Position numbers and translations under genes: made by a program | Notes under the pieces: generated by a model | The model's input: only the letters and a program-made list of their open reading frames with translations | Databases searched by the model: none | What the model was told of the DNA's origin: nothing | Origin: Nitrososphaerota archaeon | GTDB taxonomy: Archaea; Thermoproteota; Nitrososphaeria; Nitrososphaerales; UBA57 | Assembly: GCA_013378385.1 (NCBI GenBank) | Contig: JACAFS010000053.1 | Span: 1-6,494, forward strand | Length of the DNA: 6,494 bases | Direction of reading: 5' to 3' | In this document: positions 5,746 to 6,494 of the stretch, in pieces | Layout of the letters: every line of letters starts with the position of its first letter | Position numbering within the stretch: position 1 is the first letter of the stretch

Positions 5746-6228
5746 ATGATGAGGATTGAAACTGTTATAAAGAATTTTCTGAAATTATCGGTATTAAACA
5801 CAATTGTTGCAATAATATTTTTGTTTCCTATTTTAATTCCTCAATTAGCTTTTCCAATACTAATTACTGAATGGCCTGGAATCTATATGGTTTTAGCGTA
5901 CTTTATATTTCTATTTTCAGCAGTAGTTGGATTTATTGCATGGACATTCGTGTACTATTTACTTTGGAAATTATATGAAATCAAATTAATAAAGAAAAAT
6001 TTATTTTATGCTCAGGTTGTATTGTCAGAAATTGGTGCATTGTTAGCGTGTATTTTTATGTATTGGGGAGGTTATGTAGGATCATCTGCATCTTATTCGG
6101 GCATGTCAGAATTTGTAGTTGGAGTAATGATGGAATTCGCTACAATACCAAGTGGACTGGGAATTGGATTAATTTTATTTGGTAATTTATTCGGAATAAT
6201 AAACATAATACTTGCATGGAAAGAATAG
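5746..6228 (+). CDS. Hypothetical integral membrane protein (160 aa, about 4 TM helices)
   Basis: ATG start with a GGAGAG motif (5732-5737) 8 nt upstream. It has four long hydrophobic segments and is Trp/Tyr/Phe-rich. I recognise no catalytic or family motif. It is coupled to the upstream ORF by a 1-nt gap. Confidence 0.8.
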   Translation: MMRIETVIKNFLKLSVLNTIVAIIFLFPILIPQLAFPILITEWPGIYMVLAYFIFLFSAVVGFIAWTFVYYLLWKLYEIKLIKKNLFYAQVVLSEIGALLACIFMYWGGYVGSSASYSGMSEFVVGVMMEFATIPSGLGIGLILFGNLFGIINIILAWKE

Positions 6229-6265
6229 TGGTCAGTTTCGTCGCAGTGTCCTCATAGTGCAGAAT

Positions 6266-6271
6266 AAAAAA
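6266..6271 (-). terminator. T6 tract on the minus strand, a candidate terminator for the right-edge gene or for the small-RNA candidate
   Basis: The minus strand reads CCTTTTTTATT. It lies about 83 nt downstream of the minus-strand stop at 6354 and immediately 3' of the G+C-rich element. Confidence 0.35.
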
Positions 6272-6329
6272 GGATCAATGTCCTGGAGCTTCATCTGAAC
6301 TCAGTCTGGGGCGACTAATACTTCATCCC
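6272..6329 (-). ncRNA. Candidate small structured RNA or 3'-UTR element with imperfect resemblance to an archaeal C/D-box sRNA. Speculative.
   Basis: The minus strand reads GGGAUGA(6329-6323)-N18-CUGA(6304-6301)-N5-GAUGA(6295-6291)-N12-UUGA(6278-6275)-UCC, then U6. The C-like box matches RUGAUGA at 6 of 7 positions, the D' box is exact, the C' box keeps only GAUGA, and the D box matches at 3 of 4. The first spacer (18 nt) is longer than the canonical ~12 nt. Local G+C is about 45-50% by hand count, against about one-third elsewhere. Confidence 0.2.
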
Positions 6330-6353
6330 AAAACTACATTGTATTAAGATAAT

Positions 6354-6494
6354 TTAATTCTTCTTGTTTTTTATTGATTTGAGAGTGCCTGAAACTTGAA
6401 GAATTTGAATATTATGGCTAGAAAGTTGTTGTTTTATTTCCTGAATGTAATCTAGATTCACTTTTAGAAGTATTGTTTTGCTAAAGCTATTTCG
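6354..6494 (-). CDS. Probable 3' end of a gene entering from the right edge (46 C-terminal codons). Product unknown.
   Basis: The minus-strand frame is open from the window edge to TAA (complement of 6354-6356): RNSFSKTILLKVNLDYIQEIKQQLSSHNIQILQVSGTLKSIKNKKN*. All five other frames are closed here. A 46-codon open run is only moderately unlikely by chance in this composition. Confidence 0.4.
   Translation of the reverse strand, partial: RNSFSKTILLKVNLDYIQEIKQQLSSHNIQILQVSGTLKSIKNKKN

Noticed and set aside
6232-6294. 20-aa minus-strand micro-ORF (MKLQDIDPFLFCTMRTLRRN) in the G+C-rich island
   Set aside because: It is too short to distinguish from chance, and I see no ribosome-binding or promoter signal. 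It cannot be supported without conservation or ribosome-profiling data.
6229-6330. tRNA or tRNA fragment (possible integration att site) in the G+C-rich island
   Set aside because: On neither strand could I build a cloverleaf. There is no GTTCRAATC-type T-loop with a 5-bp stem, no 7-bp acceptor pairing, and no flanking integrase or direct repeats.
1-6494. Mobile elements, defence islands, toxin-antitoxin pairs or prophage remnants
   Set aside because: There are no transposase, integrase, nuclease or ATPase-like ORFs, no terminal inverted repeats and no compositional break apart from the 100-nt island. The gene content is core metabolism, a regulator and membrane proteins.

Overview
This AT-rich window (about one-third G+C by eye) is densely coding and looks like ordinary archaeal core genome. 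The short archaeal-type triosephosphate isomerase, an Lrp/AsnC regulator and TATA-like boxes about 25-30 nt upstream of start codons fit an AT-rich archaeon such as a marine Nitrososphaerota/Thaumarchaeota, but I cannot verify the organism.

Gene order, left to right:
- the 3' end of a gene for a very basic KRKAAP-repeat protein (+)
- tpiA (+)
- a small 3-TM membrane protein (-)
- an Lrp/AsnC regulator (-)
- a membrane-anchored SMP-30/gluconolactonase/DFPase-like beta-propeller, divergent from the regulator (+)
- PEP synthase ppsA (-)
- two tightly coupled polytopic membrane proteins of unknown function (+)
- a G+C-enriched intergenic island
- the probable 3' end of a convergent gene (-)

I see no CRISPR array, transposase or integrase, rRNA, convincing tRNA, or recognisable defence system.

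The points most worth a second look:
1. A nucleotide-perfect 48-nt tandem repeat encodes a histone-H1-tail-like basic protein directly upstream of tpiA.
2. A perfect 15-bp palindrome (TAGGCAaaaTGCCTA) sits between the divergent Lrp and beta-propeller promoters and is a candidate operator.
3. The G+C-rich island at about 6229-6330 reads, on the minus strand, as an imperfect C/D-box-like layout followed by a T6 tract.
4. The membrane-protein pair at 5433-6228 has no recognisable function.
5. Several genes must start at TTG.

None of these is demonstrably a new system from sequence alone. All function calls rest on motif recognition by eye, not on database searches.
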